From the human T2T-CHM13v2.0 reference genome, Homo sapiens, in assembly GCF_009914755.1 (NCBI RefSeq), contig NC_060934.1: a stretch of 64,000 nt of DNA, one strand, 5' to 3'. How positions within the stretch are numbered: position 1 is the first letter of the stretch; every line of letters begins with the position of its first letter. Made by a program: the position numbers and the translations under genes. Positions 40,611-56,918 of the stretch are shown here, in pieces. The notes beneath the pieces were generated by a model, which was not told where the DNA came from, made no database searches, and worked only from the letters and a program-made list of their open reading frames with translations.

Positions 40611-40959
40611 ATTATTTCATGATTTCTATCATTGGAGATTGGACACTTTGTTATTTTGCCTTATTTGGAAAAGACCTTTAGTAGTAAATGGTAGCTCTTA
40701 AAGACTCAAGGCTACAGAGACTTAAGAAGCTAAAGATAGCTGCTTATTAGACAATGGGGTACCAGTAAAAATGGCAATAGAGTGGAGGGATCCAAAAACA
40801 GTATTTGAAAGGGAGCGGGAAAGAGCTGGCCATAAGGAAATTTGCATTTTGATCTTAGGGGATACTCCAGGGATTTCAGAGTGAAAGAGGAAGAAAGCTC
40901 AGTGCTAGGAATGGAACAGATGACCAAGTGGCCTGCCACAAGAGAGCTACCCTTTCTAG

Positions 40960-41415
<456 letters not shown>

Positions 41416-41492
41416 ACAGAGTACATCGTGATGGAAGGAAACAAGTTATAAATTTTGGCTCCTCTAATGTTTTTTTAAAAAAGCCTTTTTTT

Positions 41493-41792
41493 GGCTAGGC
41501 GCGGTGGCTCACACCTGTAATCCCAGCACTCTGGGAGGCAGAGACAGGCGGATCATGAGGTCAAGAGATCTAGACCATCCCTGGCCAACATGGTCAAACT
41601 CTATCTCTACTACAAATACGAAATTAGCTGGGAGTGGTGGGGTGCACCTAGTAGTAGTAGTCCCAGCTACTCAGGAGGCTGAGGCAGGAGAATCGCTTGA
41701 ACCTGGGAGCGGAGGTTGCAGTGAGCTGAGATCGTGCCACTGCACTCCATCCTGGAGACAGAGCGAGAGTCCGTCTTAAAAAAAAAAAAAAA
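41493..41792 (+). mobile_element. Alu (AluS-like)
   Basis: Full Alu with polyA. Confidence 0.9.
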
Positions 41793-43364
41793 GTGTTTTT
41801 TTTTTAACCAGTTAAAATCTGGAAAGAAAGATAATAATACAGACTTTATAATTTGATTAGAAGTTATCTTGTAATATGTATTTATAAAATAATCATGAAT
41901 GTAACAAGCTACAACATAGTCCATTACTGAGTTAAAATCCACAACAAATACATATAAATATATGTAAAATAATGAATATATACTGAAAAATTCAGTAAAT
42001 ATTGTTCCCAACACAATTATCGATTTTAGTTACAAAGAATTTCAGAAACTCCTATTTAAGAAAACAAAACAAACAAAAAAAAAAAAACGAAGGAAAACTT
42101 AATTAAATTAAGATCTGCAAAAGAACTTCGAATGCGTGTCTTTCCTTATATAACAGTCTCTGCTACCTCCTAGTGGGAGATACACGGAGTAACACAAAAT
42201 ATATATTTCTTAATTTATGTAAAGTTGTGAAAGAAACTCAACACTACCAGAGGTCCATTTTCCAGGGGAAAATGTTTTCCAAAACTTTAATTAGAATGAT
42301 TTTACACAGTAATTAAGGCACTCATATCACTCTTTAGAGTTTGGGTTAAAATAAAAGTAACTCTGATGTTGCTAAAGACATCTAGGGGTCTTTAAAACAA
42401 TAGCTACTATGACAAATGGATAATTTTGGCAGAATATCTCTTATTGAGCAATCTTATTCAATCTTTTAATTTATAAATCAACACAACTCCAATTTTTTAC
42501 ATTAAAATGTTAAAGTAGGCTATTCTTTGTTTCTTCACAAATGCTAGATAAAGGAGGCCATTCTAATATACAATAAAGTTGAGCAAATGTATACAGCTTT
42601 ATACAATGTACACAACTTTGTAAGGAGACACTTCAAAAGGAACACATTTTTAAGTCTTTCTCTCCCAGGAAGTAGTCAATCACAATTTGTCTATGGGGAA
42701 AAAGAAATCTGTCCTCTAGGCAAAAGCACCACCTAAATGAAGACCTAAACTTTATATATGATACATGAAATAAGTAACGTATGACTTTGCTGTGTTTTCT
42801 CTGTTGAAGAGATGATAGAAACAATTTATATTAGACTGCGATTTTTTTCTCTGTTATTATAAAATAAAGGTCAACGTTCTTGAAAAGCAATATTGCATAG
42901 GAGTGGCACGCTTTCTTCCAGCCACCAAATGTTGAAATTACCACCATGATATTTTTATTGGCTTATTTACACATGAATCCCCATGTCCCTAGGAAATTGA
43001 ATTTAAGTATGGCTAGAGAAAGGTCAAGGGCAAATGCCACTGCCATGATGAAAACTGGATGCCAAAGAATGAATGTGAAGAAAGCAGGGGGCTCAGGGAA
43101 TAGAAATATATCAATTTTAGAAGCATATCTATGAGTCGTGGAGAAAAAAGACAGAAATAGAGACACTCAAGGAATAGAGGAATGTAAAAAGAGGTGTGGG
43201 AATGAAGACTGAAGTGCAAGCCAGCATGATGTAAGTGTCCTGGAACTGACTGCCAATTCTGGGCCCTCCAGATATTCCTCTAACCTCCATTCCCTGTTCA
43301 ATAGCCTGGGAACATTAATGTACTGCTTTTCATCCAAGGACCAATGATTAAAAAAATAAATAAA

Positions 43365-43780
<416 letters not shown>

Positions 43781-44791
43781 TAATAAACATACATTTCAAA
43801 ACACTGAAGCCAAGTATAGATTATTTCTAAAATTGACCTGAAGCTGTATCTCCTTATTTAACTGTCTGGAAACTAAGTTTTGCCTATAGATTTCTAAGTC
43901 TAGGCCCATCAACTGAAGACAACTATCTTCATTTTTTCTCATGTCTTCCCCAACATATATTTCTGCATCTAATCTATGCCTGGCCCAAAGCAGATATTCA
44001 ATAAATTATGATTAATTTTGAGCAAGTGAGTGAGAAAGTGATTATTAAAATAGGTATGGAAATAACTTATGGTCAAATAAGAGCTCATTGCCACCATGAG
44101 ATGTACAAAATGGAGCCAAATGTGTCTTAGGGCTGTCAGTTACGAGAGCTAGCGAAGTCAGGGTCCTGATGTGCTATGGGTTGAAACAGCATTCAGCGTA
44201 GTGAGAGTCCTGCAGGACTGACCACGTGGGCAGTGCACCCAGATATTTTCATCAAGACATGAAGAACTCACCTTTCTCTTCTGGTTGCCTTGACCGAGAA
44301 CATGGAAACCATGACAAGACTAAAAGCGATGTGTCAATGCAGTATAAATGCTGTTAGGAATTATTTGCAGAGAAAATACAGTTTAGACTAAGACAATTTT
44401 TCATGCTACTGAAGGCGTACTAAATACAAGACACTCTGGTCTGGCCTGCATAAAGTAAAATATCCCTGACTTGAGAGCCTGAACTTCAAGTGGCTTTAAT
44501 CTAACACAGATGAAGTAAGGGAAAGAAGAATGATGGAAAGGCCACTGTGCAGACACTTTGAAGTATAGTTGTATGCAGGAGATACTGGAGAGCAAGCAAG
44601 AACCTCCTTTGCAAAGTGACAGCTCTGGTGGGATTTCTGCAAGCAGAGGACTGTTTTTCAATGAGTTAGTTAACGAGGGAGGAGTGAGGCACAGGCCTTC
44701 TAAGGAAGCAGGTGAGCACATGAACGCTGCAGACATATTGGCTTCTTGGAGCCACAAGGCAACTACGGTTGCCGCTAGATGAACCACTTAC

Positions 44792-44896
44792 GCCGCTGAG
44801 CATTTTGCTGGCTTTCAAAACATGGTCTAAAAACAACAAATTTGGGAGATCTGAAACTGGATCATGCATATTTTGAATGTCTTTCTTGTACTTCAC
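44792..44896 (-). CDS. NEBL: NEBL exon (approx. exon 9), 105 nt: VKYKKDIQNMHDPVSDLPNLLFLDHVLKASKMLSG
   Basis: TAG acceptor, GTAAGT donor; overlaps ORF 44666..44896. Confidence 0.95.
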
Positions 44897-45329
44897 CTAT
44901 GAAAATAACATGGAACAAAATACCATCGAGGAGAAGAAAATATTATGCTTTTGCATTATTGCATTTTTCATACATCATAAAGTAGGACTATTAAGTGGTA
45001 AATGGACAGACGAATTTACAAGGAGCCACTAGATGGTGCTGATTTACTACTGAATGAATTTTAAAAAGTTATTTCTATATGGGCTTGAGAATACTTGGAT
45101 AATTCCTTTTGTTGTTCACATATTCAGGAAGGGTAATGTCAACAGAATAAAGTAATTTTCACAGTAACTCTGCTTTCAAAAAATAAAGAGAATAGCCACT
45201 TTATTCTTTAGAAATTACTACAGTATTTCAACTATGCTTTGTGGAGATCTGAGGATTTTGATGTTTCCCATCCTATCACCACAGGCTTTTTTAAAGCAAC
45301 TTTTTGAAAATATAATACCAGTAATAATA

Positions 45330-45570
45330 AACCATTGATAGCAAGCATATCACACACTTACTATGTGCCACTTTTCTAAATTCCTTTATATGTATTAAGT
45401 ATTGAATCTCCACAATAACCTCTTTATTAAGTAGGTACTTTAAGTAGCCCCATTTTATAGATAAGAAAACTGAGGCATAGAAAGACAAAGACATAGTAAT
45501 ACTTGATAAAACAGGATTTAGATCCAAGCAATCTGACTCCAAACCTTTAGCTTTCAGCACTATGTTCCAT
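45330..45570. mobile_element. MIR SINE
   Basis: CCCATTTTATAGATAAGAAAACTGAGGC core. Confidence 0.7.
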
Positions 45571-46264
45571 GTTCCTTTAAGTATATTTCATCTCTATTTC
45601 TAAGAAAGCAACAGATCAATAATACATAATTTTTATACTTGAGAAGGAAATCTAAATATTTTCAACTATAGCAAAGTAATCAATTTTTTGATGTTGCTGT
45701 TTTTATACTCTAATTCTAACAAGAATTTAAAACATCATTTCTTGTAAAATGAATTTTGATGATTTTTAAAAACACAGAATGAAAACAAATCACATAAGGA
45801 AGTACTTCACAGCATTTACACAAGGGATAAAAAATAAATTGTGAGGCATTACAGTAAAATTTCTAAAAATTTCTTTATATGATAAATTACCATGTACCAG
45901 GCAGTACTTTACAATAAACTCAATTTCATAGCCATAATTACATGAGGTAACTACTGTCCTAACCACTAATTTGTGTTAATACAGACCACTTCTCTGCAAA
46001 ATTCTATAATCTATTTCCACTCTTGAACAGATATAATAACTTCATTTGCAACACTATTCCTACTTATTAACTAATTAGTAATCAGTAACCATTAAAAATT
46101 AATTACAATAATATATTTTTCTCAGAAAAAGCTTTAGAAAAATATGCTTCAGTTCAACTACAAATTACTTGGAAGCTAAGTATCAGTAATTACAACACAG
46201 TCGATTATAAAAAAAACAAGAATCAAAAGATTTTGAAAATAATTTTCTATGAATTACAACTTAC

Positions 46265-46378
46265 ATTGCTCGCCAGTGTAGCAGCAAGCTGATTCTGCCT
46301 AAAAGAAGCACTTTCAAGAGGATTGTAATGATGTTTCTTATCCTTCATTTCATTATCAAATTTTTCTTTGTATTTAAT
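46265..46378 (-). CDS. NEBL: NEBL exon (approx. exon 8), 114 nt: IKYKEKFDNEMKDKKHHYNPLESASFRQNQLAATLASN
   Basis: CAG acceptor, GTAAGT donor. Confidence 0.95.
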
Positions 46379-47113
46379 CTGTCATAAAAGAGAAATAGTA
46401 CATGTAACTTTACATTTAAAAGTAACACATATGATTTTCACGTAGATAAAATAAAAGCTACCTTAAAAATGAATGTTGCCAAGTGTAAATTCCTGGTATC
46501 CATCGCCTTCTATAAAGCTTAATTAGGCACAAAAGTTTTTATCTTTAATAAAAAAAACTCTGCTTCTACATTGATCACAAATGCAATTAGGCATGAACTC
46601 AAATCCTATTAATGAGAATTATGCACTAAAATACCAACATTTTTAAATGTCAGTTTTCATTTCTGCATTTCTATAATCTATGATCAGTTAGAAACCTAGA
46701 CCACAAATGTCTTAAGGTCTAACACATTTAGAAAATAGATTCTAGGCCCCAGAATTTAAATATTTTTCCTAAGGGAATTATTCCAAATAAAGAGCATGAC
46801 GTGTACCACAGTTTTTCTCATCATTTCCTATACTTCATTTGCTCAAAAATTTAGTTTTAGGAATTACATTTTCTGAAATGTCCTGGGTCAACTTAATGTC
46901 AATGTAAAACTTTCTCTGCTTTAATTCCACTAAATTCAGCAGGAAAACCATCTCCAATACTCTCTCTAAATTGTTTGTCTCCTTTTAAAGCACTCTTAAA
47001 ACAACCAAAAAGGGATTATCAACTTATTTGGTAGGACTATATTTTTCTCCATGTATAGAGAAATATGAGAATGCATGTCATAACTAATTAGAATATAAAC
47101 ACAAGTTCACTAC

Positions 47114-47145
<32 letters not shown>

Positions 47146-47663
47146 AGCTATTCACATGTCATACCCCCTTTAACTTACTGTAGCCAGGAAAGGGTGTATT
47201 GATTTCACAGGTCAAAGTAAGCTGTTTTGTTCTCTCATAATATTTTTCTGATGTTATAATTATTACCATGTTTGGTTTTCTAACAACATTCTGATAATGC
47301 ACCTTTATTCATACATCTAAAGGCTCTGCTTTGCAGAAGACTTTATTAAAAAGCAATTTGGGATGACTCTCATCAAATATTTTAGGCATGCATAGGGTGA
47401 TGGTCTCCTTCAGGGACACATGTTTGGAACCTATTAGAGAGAGCTAGAGAAAATCTTGGTGGGAATACAGCATTTGGTAAATATTTTGAGATGGTTTACA
47501 GGGAATATTTTCTGTTCTGGTTCCATTTGATAATAAGAAATTTCTGATATTCTCAATACCTTACAAACTGATTTTAAGTAATCAGCAAGAACTCTTTAAA
47601 AAAAGAAAAACTGACTTTTTTTATTATTTTGTGTCTTGAAATCAATAACAAAATTACAAATGA

Positions 47664-48033
<370 letters not shown>

Positions 48034-48379
48034 ACAGTCTTATTGCCCTCTTCACCCTTCTGCTATACTTTTACCATATTTTCGTCACTGGTTCTGTCTC
48101 TCCTAAGTTTGTAGTGCCTAAAGGATATTCACTGAACAAAGATGGTGGACTCTTCAACAGCCTTCCGCTGGAATGACACTTCTGACTCAGCCAGATTCAT
48201 TAACACTGTATTAGCTAAATGGTAAAAGTAGGTTATATGATCTTTGCACACACAGAGCCCATCATACTGTTTTTGCAAACTCTGAGGTTTCCAGCATAAT
48301 TACACTAGAGTATTTGAAAATGATACTGATAAATTCCTTTGTTATTAAACCTTGCATATGCTCTCCCAAGTAAATGTTA

Positions 48380-48742
48380 CAGACACCCCTTCCTCAACTT
48401 ATGATGGGATTGCATCTCAGTAAACCCACCGTAAGTTAAAAATGTAAGTTAAAAATGCACCATATACCCCTAACCTACCAAACATCACAGCTTCGCCTGG
48501 CCTACCTTAAACATGCTCAGAACAACTCCCTTAGCCTACAGCTAGGCAAAATCATCTAATAACAAGCCTGTTTTACACACGTTGAACATCTCATATAATT
48601 TGTTGAATACTGTAATGAAAGTGAAAGGCAGAATCATTATATGGGTACTTGAAGTATGGTTTCTACTAAATGTGTATCACTTCCACGCCATGGTAAGGTT
48701 AAACAGTCTTAAATTGAACCACTAGAAGTCAGGGACCATCTA
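48380..48742 (+). mobile_element. Tigger-family MITE (MER47A-like)
   Basis: TA-CAGA...CTCAACTTATGATGGG start, AAGTCAGGGACCATCT end. Confidence 0.75.
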
Positions 48743-51700
48743 TGCATTTCTAAGAAACAATAATCAATCTGTTATTCATATATTTATATTAAATGTAATA
48801 ATAAGCATTGTATTGTGAAATTTATCTTGTTTGAACGTTCAGTACAGTGAGTGATTTGATTCAAGATGCCTAAGGAACAAAAACACAAGTTTCCCTCATT
48901 AATGAACCACAATAGTAACATAACTACATTATATAAAAAAATGCACGGACCAGACACTGACACCCAATTGTTTCTAACCTCGCTCTTTCTGTAAGGAATG
49001 CAGGTAAAATGAACTAAGATCACCAAATGGTTGCAGTGAGTCACATCACTCACCTTCGGACTTGTTCACTCGCCAACTACACAGACACACTCAACATTCT
49101 ATTGTATTTTCAATCTAGAGTTCATACATCTGTGTGTCTACCTCCTCATGCAGGTTTGCATCTTCTGAGAGATCCAGGAAATGCTTTTCCTTGACTATAA
49201 CTTGTTATCCAACCATGGAACAAGGCATAACCCTTTCAGTTTTAAGATCATTTGAGAAAGGGAGGAACAGGTATTGGAGTGACTTTGCCATGGTTTTAAG
49301 ACACAATGTTACTCCTTATACCTACATAATTATTCTGGAAACAAATGAAGTTACTCCATATGACTGGCTTTATTTACATTATGACTAGTGTGCCTAGTGG
49401 TCCCAATATTTATCACCTTTTTTTATTAATTTTTTTTATTTTTAATCTCTGTGGGTACACAGTAGGTGTATGTATTATATTTATGGGGTACATTATATGT
49501 TTTGATACAGGCATGCAGTGCATAATAATCACATCAGGGAAATAACACCTTTTGAAAAAATACTGTATAGGTATATAGGATCAAACTCCTAGATGTTTTT
49601 TAAAGAATTATAAGAGACAGCAGGATTTTCAGAGGCTCACACTTGGAGAAAACACGGATACTGTTAAGCTACAGTGACGGCATTGTAGCTCCCCATAACT
49701 GCACAACTTCTCATATAAAGAAATGAGAAGTTACATCTGCATATCCTCATATGAGGATCCAGATCCTCATAACTGCACCTGGGTATGTGTGAAGTCTAAC
49801 ACGCAAACCCAAAACTTTACACTGACATCATCTGTGACTCAGAATCGCAAAAAGCCAGCAAAGGCACAAAAAAGCAGACCCTGAATGAAGGTGTTTCACC
49901 ATAGCCACATAAACACATTTTAGCAAAGAAATAGCTTGATAAGTGTACCTTAATTATCATTGAAAATGAAAAGTAAGCAAATAACACAATACTACGTATC
50001 TATAGATATCAATCCCCAGCAATCTTGGATGAAATCAAACTAAAAGCTGTCAAGGAAGACAGGACAGATTTTTACATAGAACTCATCATAAAATCAATAA
50101 TATCTTTAAGTCTTAATTTTACACAACACAATATCTCTGCTCTTATTTTCCTTGCAAAATAACGTCTTACTGACTTTGCACCAAATGTTAATGATCCAGA
50201 GAATATTGGTTTAACCAGGCTCCATACACCTATTGGCAGCCTAATCTGTTTTCCCATAATAGTGGATCAAAGGCATATGAGCCCTGTCTCCATGGAGCCT
50301 GCCTTGTGGGAAGTGAAATGGATTTCGAAAACACACACATACACGTATATATTATGCAACTACTACAAATCGTATTAAGAACTGTAAAGAAGAGGAGAGA
50401 ATAAAGGGGAGGAGAGCAATATTTAAATTGGCGAGTCAGGAACATGACATTTGAGCTGATACTTGGGTGTGATGAGGTTGGAGGAGGGAGTGCTTGCCAG
50501 GATGGGAGAATGGTAAATTCCCCAAACCAATTAATACCCCTTGCAATTTAAGGCCACTGCTTACTACTAAATTTTCATGGCAATTTATAATGTGATTTTT
50601 AGGTTTAAAACCCATTCTTATCAATGTATTAATGCAATTTTAAAACAATGCTAATTATTATAAATACATAGCTTTTCCTTGAGGTTATAAAACTGAACAA
50701 GGAATCTATTCATCATATAGACAAATTCCAAGTAACAAGATGATCTATGGATATATTAATTAATAAACTACTCTTAGAATTTTTAAAGTCAATGACTTCA
50801 ACAGTTACTGTACTTAAATCTGAGATACATATGCACCAATCCCTTCATCTTCGCATAGGAGATTTTTGTTTTAGTTTTTTAATGACTTTTTAAAATAACC
50901 TGGCCATAATTGTATGTATATTGCAAATTTTAAAAAGGGAAAGTTTACAACTACGGGAGCAAAGCTATTGTAGAAGTTAATATAAGAAGGGTTTGGTATG
51001 TGTTCCCACTACCTTTCCTGGGTAAAATCCCACAGAGTTCAATTTACAGATAAAAGGTGAGAATCCTGCCCATTCACTCTCTGTTCCCATCCTTTCATCA
51101 GACAGGTCTTATCTCCACATACTTTGACCATTGCCTTGTCATTGCCTTCTCTGTTACAATGCTTCTGGTGCTGTGGTGCTCTTTTTCTCCCTGCATTCTA
51201 TCCATTCTCATCTCCCTGTTATTAAATCCCTAAATCATTTGCCTTCTATGTATTTATGTGCCTTTATCATTAGTTTAGGAGCAAACTAAAAACTTTAATG
51301 CTGTCAGTGAAAATAAGAAACTAAACTTGCTGCCCAAATTTCTGTTATAATTGATATACCTGAAAATACAAATGGAATACACTGAGTTCATCCCAGAATT
51401 CCTATTATTTATTTTCCCAGCTTTCCCCTTTTCTTGTGAGTTTTATACAGCTTATAAAATCTTATATGACATGAAAAAATGAATACGATAGCTATAATGT
51501 AAGTTAAAAATTAAAATCTGCTTAAGAATCTGATCACTCAGTTGCTAAATAATTTGAGATTGAAGGAAAAAAATCTGCTTTCAAGTCCAAGTAAGGATCA
51601 CATGGGGGAATTTTTGTGGATTGAATTTGAAATGTGAAAATAAAGCTCAAATGTCAAAACTTTCTTCTAAGGGCTCTCAAATAGGATTGTGATGGAATGA

Positions 51701-51829
51701 ATTTAAGGCCAGAATCTCACAGACAGTGTTCATATTCCTTCTCCACTCTGTGCATGAATTCATCTAAAAATGTAGAATAGAAAACTATTTTGAATACCTA
51801 AAGTAAAATTATTCCTATGAAATTATGTC

Positions 51830-52070
51830 ATGTTTCTATGGGCCAGGCACCATTTTAAGTGTTTTACTCACAGTAACTCATTTAACCTTCACAGCAACCC
51901 TGAGAAGTAAATACTGTTGCTGTCATCCCTATTTTACAAATGAGGAAACAAAAATAGAGAAATGAAGCAATTTGTCCAAGATCACTCTGCTGGCAAGCAA
52001 CAGAACCAGGAGTTTAACCCAGGTACAGCCCAGCTCCAGGGTACATTTTCTTAACCACTAGACCAAACCA
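51830..52070. mobile_element. MIR SINE
   Basis: ATTTTACAAATGAGGAAAC core. Confidence 0.65.
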
Positions 52071-52764
52071 TACTGCTTCTCCGGGATTTGCTTTGTCTCC
52101 TGTGTAACTGATGGGGAATCTTTGTCCCCAGAAAAGGGCGAAGTTGTAAGAGGCCAGTAGCTATGCTGGAAATCTGAAGTGATGCCCATATCCCCTGTCT
52201 CTTCAACTAGCATTACTGGGAATATGTAGAGCTTAGAGTCACCGCCCTTTAATGCAAGTGTCACCCAGACATGTCCCCAACCTCTTGCACATCAGTAGCC
52301 TCCTGAGTTATAAAGTCGCTTTATAAGTGAAAGTCCCTTGTTAACTGTAAAACAATTACTATGAGGCACAATTGCATTTGGGCATCTCTCATGTCTGCCT
52401 CTCCCAGGGAGCAGTTGTGTCCACTTCATTTTCATTCCTACTGTCACAGAGTCTATTCAGGTACTGATCACTTTATGTGTAGATTACCACTGTCACAGCC
52501 CAGCTGGCTTCTGGGAGGTTCACCATTTGTGAGCCAGACTTTCCTGCCCAGTGTCACCATGTTAACCTTCCCTAAGTGTTTTCTTCACAATCAATCTTTG
52601 CTCAAAATCTTCAGTGATGTCTTCTTTCTTCCCTGAGAGACTACAGTTAACATGGCAAAAAGTAGTTCTGATGTTTACTTTTTGGAATTGAACCCTAAAA
52701 TGCTTCCTATAATTGCGCTCTGAAATCACTTTTTTATCATTATTTTTTCATAGAACACACCATT

Positions 52765-52965
52765 CTGGGAAGGGGGCGTTGGGGAGTTATTATTTAACGG
52801 GTATAGAGTTTCACTTTTACAGGATGAAAAGAGTCCTGGAGATGGATGGTGGTGAGGGTAGCACAACATTACAAACGCATTTAATGCCACTGAACCGCAC
52901 ACTTAAAAACGGTTCAGATGGTAAATTTTATGTTATATAAATCTTATCACGATAAAAAAATGGGG
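52765..52965 (+). mobile_element. L1MB-like 3' end
   Basis: GGGTATAGAGTTTCA...GAGATGGATGGTGGTGA...AATGCCACTGAAC. Confidence 0.75.
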
Positions 52966-53289
52966 AAAAATTACATATATGAACACATTATTCCTATTAT
53001 GTTCTCTAAGCAATGGCTTATACTCAAAATCAATACACATTGACCCATTCATCATCACACAATATCTAAACTCTTCTCAAAATCCTTTTTATACGTGCAC
53101 AACTATATCCTCTTGCCCAGAGGCTCTGCCATCAGATTTCTGTCCCCTGGCAGGCATACTCCCAGCCTGTATTTGGGGCCTTCCCCTTGAGTAGAGTTTA
53201 CTTCTCCCATTAAATCCAAATTAGCTAAAATCTACCTCCTACACATGAACCTTCTAAGGACGCGTCTTTCTTCTCCACACTAACAAGAC

Positions 53290-54800
53290 ACATTGTGATG
53301 GGTGTAAATGGGTGTAAAAGACATTTTGCTTTCACTTTGTTGGTATTTCCCTTTCTACTAATAAATTTGGGCATCTTTTCACCTGTTGATTGGCCATTTA
53401 TGTTTGCTCTTCTGTGAATTATCTATTTCACTGACCCCTTTTTCTACTGAGCCGTTAATCTTTTTCATTCATGGTAAGAACAACATTGGACCCAAATCTT
53501 AAACTATATACAAAAATAAATTCCTTTTCAAGAATGTTTATATATTATAGATATTGTACACTATAGATCTTATATTTAAAATATTAAAATGTTCTCATCA
53601 AATGCATTAGAAGTACTTTTCCAAGTATTTGAAGACTTCTCTTTTTTTATATTTTAAAAAACTATTCTCAGACACATCCTTCTCTGTATAAACTCTGAAT
53701 TATTTAATTTATTCAAGTTTTTCATTTCATTTAAATTTTTTAAACCCTCTTTTTGGATTGCAATTGGAATTGCATAGAGCTTTTAACATTAACTTTGAAA
53801 GAGTTAACATTTTTTAGGATGTTTAGTATCAAGGCTCTTTCACCAACAGAATAGTACGTCTTTTCATTTGTTTGGGACTTATTTTATGCTCTTCAATCAG
53901 ACTTCATACCTTTCATCATTTACATCTCTCCACTTTGAAATGTAATTCAAGTAAGACTTCTGCAACTTGAGAAATGAGTATTTTCAAAGTCAAAAAAACT
54001 ATAAATGTGTAAAACTTACTGTTTGTTAACATTATTGTTGACTCTGCAAACATTACCTTTTTCATTCAGAGAGTTTTTCATTTTTACATAGTTAATGTGC
54101 CTACCTATTATAGCTTCTGGATTTCTGGTCTTGCTTAAGAACAACTCTGTTATCCTTATGTAGTATATAGAGTCTCCTGGATTTTCTTTGAAGATTTTAA
54201 AATTATTTTATTGTTTGCATTCACATTTTTAATCCACCTGGAATTCATTTTTGTATATGGTTTAAGATTTGGGTCCAATTTTGCTCTTCCCATGACAGAC
54301 GGTGTGTTATGTCAGCACCATTTATTAGCTAATCCAACTTCTCCCCACTGACTTGAATCGACACTTTTATCATATATTAAATTCTTATACATACTGGAAT
54401 CTATTTCAGGACTCCCTATTCTATCCTACTGATTATTTAATCTCTCACTACACCAATCCCATATTGATTTAATTTCAGTGGTTTTCTATTAACTTATAGT
54501 AACTCATAACTTAAGTTCCCCTTCACTGGTCTTCATTTTCATACTTTTAAAGGCTATTCCCTGGTATTTTCTTTCCACACAAACTTTAAGATCATTTTAT
54601 CTATATTAAAAAAAAAAAAAAACGCTGTTGGAGTCTAACAGAAGTTGCATGACGTTTATATAATTCTGAAAGAACTGACATCTTTATCTATTGAAACTTT
54701 CAGCCAAAAACATAAAATGCCTTTATACTTTTTCAGATCTTATTTTATGCTCTTTGATAAGACTTCAAAGTTTTCTTCATTTTCATCTCCCTTTTTAAAT
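53290..54800 (-). mobile_element. Old L1M fragments
   Basis: T-rich, diverged L1 ORF2-like antisense sequence. Confidence 0.5.
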
Positions 54801-54860
54801 TTTGTGATTAAACAAAAGCACTTGAAAATTGGGAAAATTAATATTTTTATTACTAAGTTA

Positions 54861-54866
<6 letters not shown>

Positions 54867-54896
<30 letters not shown>
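54867..54896 (+). repeat. (TG)n microsatellite
   Basis: Read directly from the sequence. Confidence 0.95.
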
Positions 54897-54898
<2 letters not shown>

Positions 54899-55218
54899 GT
54901 TAAAACACAATTATTTAGTATGACTATTAATGACTTCTGGAAATCCAGGGAAATGTGACAACATGGCTAGAGACATTGAAAAATGTTCAGATTTATGCCT
55001 GGAGAAAAGAAAACTTTGTTTTATGCTTAAAATTAGACTTAATTTTTTTCCTTTACTGAAATTCATAATGATTGCAAGCCCATCTGAACTGGGTTCAGAA
55101 ACATTATCTCTGTTTATCCTTGCAATTAAAGATATTATCTAAAATGCAATATTCTCCTGTGCTGTTAGAAACAAAATATCTGAATAAAGTCATTGTGGAA
55201 TCATCACTAAAGCCTTAC

Positions 55219-55320
55219 TTGACTAGAAAGTTTAGAAGCTTCCACGGCATGTTCAAAATCTGGTCTTCCAATTACAGCGGGCTCTTTATTCATTATTCCT
55301 TGTCCTTTCTTGTATTCTGC
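55219..55320 (-). CDS. NEBL: NEBL exon (approx. exon 7), 102 nt: AEYKKGQGIMNKEPAVIGRPDFEHAVEASKLSSQ
   Basis: TTTTAG acceptor, GTAAGG donor. Confidence 0.95.
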
Positions 55321-56293
55321 CTAAAATGAATAAATAAGACAATGTTAAATATTTCTACCCTCCAATGATGAACTACATTGACATTAGCCAAAAAAAAAAA
55401 AATAACAGACCTTCATCTCATTAATATTCCTTACAACACATCAAACACTAAAATGTTGACTGCTAAAGCAGAAATTGATTTTATCCTGTGCTTACATGAA
55501 CAAACTCAACTTTTTGCAGTAAAATAATTACTAACTTTGAGGCTAAGTGTTCAGTCATCATCATGTTTGTAATTATATATAAATACTAAAACAAAATATT
55601 AGGGAAATTTTCTGGGGAATTGAGACCCTGTACTCTCCATATAGGTAGCTTTTATAGTTTCGTTTATTCTCAGGAACTGTTCTGGCCATACTTGATTGAC
55701 ATGCAGTTGAATACAGTAATGATTGATTTTAGGGTGAATTTAGCCTATGTTATGAAAATTTTTGGTTCAAGTTAAATCATCATTTCCAACCAGGGTTTTC
55801 AGCATGTTGAAGTAAAATGGTATTAACTAAAGCGGGCACCTTAGAGAAGGTAAGAAACAGTTACGCCATGTAGGAAGTGGACAAAGGTAAGTGTTGGTGG
55901 AAGAGAATGTACACAATGAACAGCAGCAATATGGAAACAAGGCCAAGCAAGAGCCTTTGGAGCAAGGTGAGGGGAGAGATTATATGGGACCATATGACTG
56001 ATAACCCTGACTTTCAGGCTGAGACATCTGAATGTCAATTTATACCTAAATAGTATTTATTTCTCTAAAAGTATGATGACACTAACCACAGCCAATTTGA
56101 GTTTGGGCTGTTTCTGCATATACCCAAATAATTAACATAATAAAATAGATAATTTAGGGGGGGAAATTGAGATGTATTCATTTATATTGATTAGTTACAC
56201 TAATTAAATGAACCATCCAACCACTGAAGCTATGCTTTGCCTCCTACAAAAGTAAGAAATCATTTCCGTTCAAGGTTTAGAAAGAGAAGTTAC

Positions 56294-56395
56294 ATTGCTT
56301 ATGATCTTAGAGATCTGGGTTGCCATCTTGATGTCTGGTCGGTCAAGTTCTGCACTGTACGTGTGGGTGTCCTGCACGTCTTTCCTATAAGAAAT
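56294..56395 (-). CDS. NEBL: NEBL exon (approx. exon 6), 102 nt: ISYRKDVQDTHTYSAELDRPDIKMATQISKIISN
   Basis: CAG acceptor, GTAACT donor, nebulin repeat translation. Confidence 0.95.
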
Positions 56396-56597
56396 CTGAT
56401 CAGAGACAGTTTTGGTTAAAAAATAAATAAATTAGTAATTTCACATAGCTACTAGTCTTAGTGTTCATAACATTATTTATTCTCATAATAATAGCTTAGA
56501 GAGCCTACTGACCTTAAGTTGGCTTTTTGTGCATCTATTTGTATAGCTATATTAACTCTTTATACTATACCTATGTCTCACTGATATTAACATATTT

Positions 56598-56918
<321 letters not shown>

